Origin: Dehalococcoidia bacterium
GTDB taxonomy: Bacteria; Chloroflexota; Dehalococcoidia; Lucifugimonadales; Australimonadaceae
Reading direction: 5' to 3'
Assembly: GCA_965116255.1 (NCBI GenBank)
Contig: OZ220670.1
Span: 1,273,205-1,337,204, forward strand
Length of the DNA: 64,000 bases
Position numbers and translations under genes: made by a program. Position 1 is the stretch's first letter, and each line of letters opens with the position of its first letter. The notes under the pieces are model-generated. The model saw nothing but the letters and a program-made list of their open reading frames with translations, was not told the DNA's origin and did no database searches. Shown in pieces: positions 62,447 to 64,000 of this stretch.

Positions 62447-63868
62447 ATGGCCACCGCCGCGCGCACGCGCACCAGGCCCACCACGCCACTTGTCGCCATC
62501 GTCGGGCGGCCCAATGTGGGCAAGTCCAGTCTCTTCAACGCGATGGTGGGCCGGCGCGAGGCGATAACGTCCGATGTCGCCGGCACGACGCGCGACCGCG
62601 TCACAGACTCCGTCGAGTACAGAGAGCGCCGGCTGCTGCTCGTCGACACCGGTGGCCTCGTGCCGGAGCCGGACGAGGAGATGGAGGCGCAGGTCGCTTC
62701 GCAGGTGGGGGCAGCACTTGCGGAGGCGGACGCCGTCGTCTTCGTCGTCGACGTAGTCGCAGGCGCCACGCATGCTGACCGCGCCATAGCCCAGCGCCTG
62801 CGCGAGACGTCCATCCCTGTCATCCTCGCAGCCAACAAGGTGGACGGGCAGCGCCAGGAAGCGTTCGCCCTCGAGATGCACGAGCTGGCGATGGGTCCGC
62901 CCGTCCTGGTAAGCGCCATTCACCGCACCGGCATCGACGACCTGTTCGAGCGCGTCGTAGTCACGCTGCCGCCGTCGAGCGATGAAGCGCAGACAGTGCG
63001 GCTGCCGCGCTTCGCCATCGTCGGGCGCCCCAACGTAGGCAAGTCATCCATGGCGAACGCCGTCCTGGGAGAAGAGCGCGCCATCGTCAGCGCCGTGCCT
63101 GGGACGACACGCGACGCCGTCGACGGCGAACTCAGGTTCGAGGGGCGCGAGGCGGTCATCGTCGATACCGCCGGACTGCGCAAGCGCGGGGCCGTGGAGC
63201 CCGGTATCGAGCGCTACAGCGTCCTGCGTGCCATCCGCGCCATCGACGACTGCGACGTCGCCATTCTCGTGCTCGATGCGACAGAGCCCGCGACGGCGCA
63301 GGACCTGCACATCGCCGGCCAGGTCATGGAGGCGTTCAAGGGCGTCGTCGTTGCCGTCAACAAGGCAGACTTGCTCGAAGGCGAAGGAGAGGAAGTCGAC
63401 CCGCGCAGCGCCCGCCGCGCCGTGCTCTCACGCCTCCATTTCATGGAATACGCGCCTGTGGTCGTCACCTCGGCCACGCAAGGACGGGGTACCGACCATT
63501 TGCTGCGGACAGCGTTCGCTGTGTATGACGAGAGGATGGCGTGGACGCCCCCGTCGCGGCTGATGCGCGTGGTGATGGATGCCGTCGGGCGTCATCTGCC
63601 GCCAAAGCAGGGGCGACGCGCGCTCAAGATCTACCGCGTCAAGCAGGAGGCCGTCGGCCCACCCACCTTCGTCTTCTACTGCAACAACCCCTCGCTGATG
63701 CACTTCTCCTATGAGCGCTACCTGGAGAACGCGCTGCGCGATGCGTTCGGTTTCGAGGGCAACCACCTGCGTCTGGAATTCCGGGGCAAGGGCAAGCTGC
63801 ACGTCATCGGCGGCCACCGGACGGGGCGCGACGCCGCGCGCAATCCGCCGCCGCAAAAGAGGGGATGA
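62447..63868 (+). CDS. der: Ribosome-associated GTPase Der (EngA)
   Basis: Two G domains (GRPNVGKSSLFN and GRPNVGKSSMAN) plus a KH-like C-terminus. Confidence 0.95.
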   Translation: MATAARTRTRPTTPLVAIVGRPNVGKSSLFNAMVGRREAITSDVAGTTRDRVTDSVEYRERRLLLVDTGGLVPEPDEEMEAQVASQVGAALAEADAVVFVVDVVAGATHADRAIAQRLRETSIPVILAANKVDGQRQEAFALEMHELAMGPPVLVSAIHRTGIDDLFERVVVTLPPSSDEAQTVRLPRFAIVGRPNVGKSSMANAVLGEERAIVSAVPGTTRDAVDGELRFEGREAVIVDTAGLRKRGAVEPGIERYSVLRAIRAIDDCDVAILVLDATEPATAQDLHIAGQVMEAFKGVVVAVNKADLLEGEGEEVDPRSARRAVLSRLHFMEYAPVVVTSATQGRGTDHLLRTAFAVYDERMAWTPPSRLMRVVMDAVGRHLPPKQGRRALKIYRVKQEAVGPPTFVFYCNNPSLMHFSYERYLENALRDAFGFEGNHLRLEFRGKGKLHVIGGHRTGRDAARNPPPQKRG

Positions 63869-63869
63869 C

Positions 63870-64000
63870 GTGGACTACTGGTGGCTGATACCCATTGCGT
63901 ACGGCGCGGGGAGCGCGCAATGGGGGCTCGTGGTGGTTCGCCTCTTGCGCGGCGTCGATGTCCGCGACTACGGCAGCGGCAAGACGGGCGTGACCAACGT
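63870..64000 (+). CDS. plsY: Glycerol-3-phosphate acyltransferase PlsY, 3' end cut by window edge
   Basis: GTG at 63870, reading VDYWWLIPIAYGAGS...VDVRDYGSGKTGVTN (YGSGN.GATN-type motif). Typical der-plsY adjacency. Confidence 0.8.
   Translation, partial: MDYWWLIPIAYGAGSAQWGLVVVRLLRGVDVRDYGSGKTGVTN

Noticed and set aside
1-64000. tRNA, rRNA, tmRNA, RNase P RNA, SRP RNA, transposase, integrase, or toxin-antitoxin/defence genes
   Set aside because: By eye I found no T-loop (GGTTCGAATCC-type) sequences, no rRNA-like stretches, no conserved ncRNA cores, and no protein with these family signatures. A covariance-model scan would be needed to exclude them formally.

Overview
GC-rich bacterial chromosomal window that is densely coding and almost entirely housekeeping. 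There are no rRNA or tRNA genes, CRISPR arrays, transposases or integrases. The gene content (ileS T-box leader, archaeal-type PurO, LprG-like lipoprotein plus MFS pump, lipoproteins with Pro/Thr linkers) suggests a high-GC monoderm-like lineage such as Chloroflexota/Thermomicrobia or an actinobacterial relative. That placement is inference only. Gene order, left to right: amidase (5' truncated), VOC protein, PQQ sugar dehydrogenase, a broken Excalibur lipoprotein, and a divergently arranged ABC permease and ATPase. Next come DUF4389, DUF1461, mazG, a double-GNAT/PIG-L pair and an MFS gene. A lipid cluster follows: small zinc-ribbon ORF, enoyl-CoA hydratase, two MaoC hotdog genes, plsX, fabG and a second PIG-L. 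Then glnA-gltB (minus strand), a frameshifted lipoprotein, cmk, plsC, ppdK, an MFS gene, and ileS with a complete T-box leader. After that: rpmH-rnpA-yidD-(beta-propeller lipoprotein)-yidC-jag, a membrane protein, purF-(GalT-like)-(GT2), a NAPRTase-like gene, purO-tsaD, a CorC/HlyC transporter, tilS, ybeY, dnaX, ybaB and recR. recR is convergent with dnaA. The window ends with a PNPOx-family gene, a Rieske oxygenase, an MFS gene, rbsK, the LprG-like lipoprotein plus DHA2 MFS, a roughly 1 kb low-coding island holding one small GIY-YIG-like ORF, rubrerythrin, two thioredoxin-fold lipoproteins, argF, der and plsY (3' truncated). I did not see a clear multi-gene novel defence or mobile system. The most unusual items are: (1) a complete, apparently unannotated T-box riboswitch; (2) a structured AT-rich control region with tandem repeats at glnA; (3) a BamB-like beta-propeller lipoprotein wedged into the yidD-yidC operon; (4) a purF-coupled GalT-like/GT2 pair; (5) two long structured intergenic regions (42.6-43.1 kb and 58.4-58.8 kb); (6) a GIY-YIG-like mini-protein that looks circularly permuted; (7) three coding anomalies (two frame-broken lipoproteins and one MFS N-terminus with no canonical start codon), which are either pseudogenisation or assembly indels. 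The many long Arg/Pro/Ala-rich ORFs in alternative frames are high-GC artefacts and were ignored.
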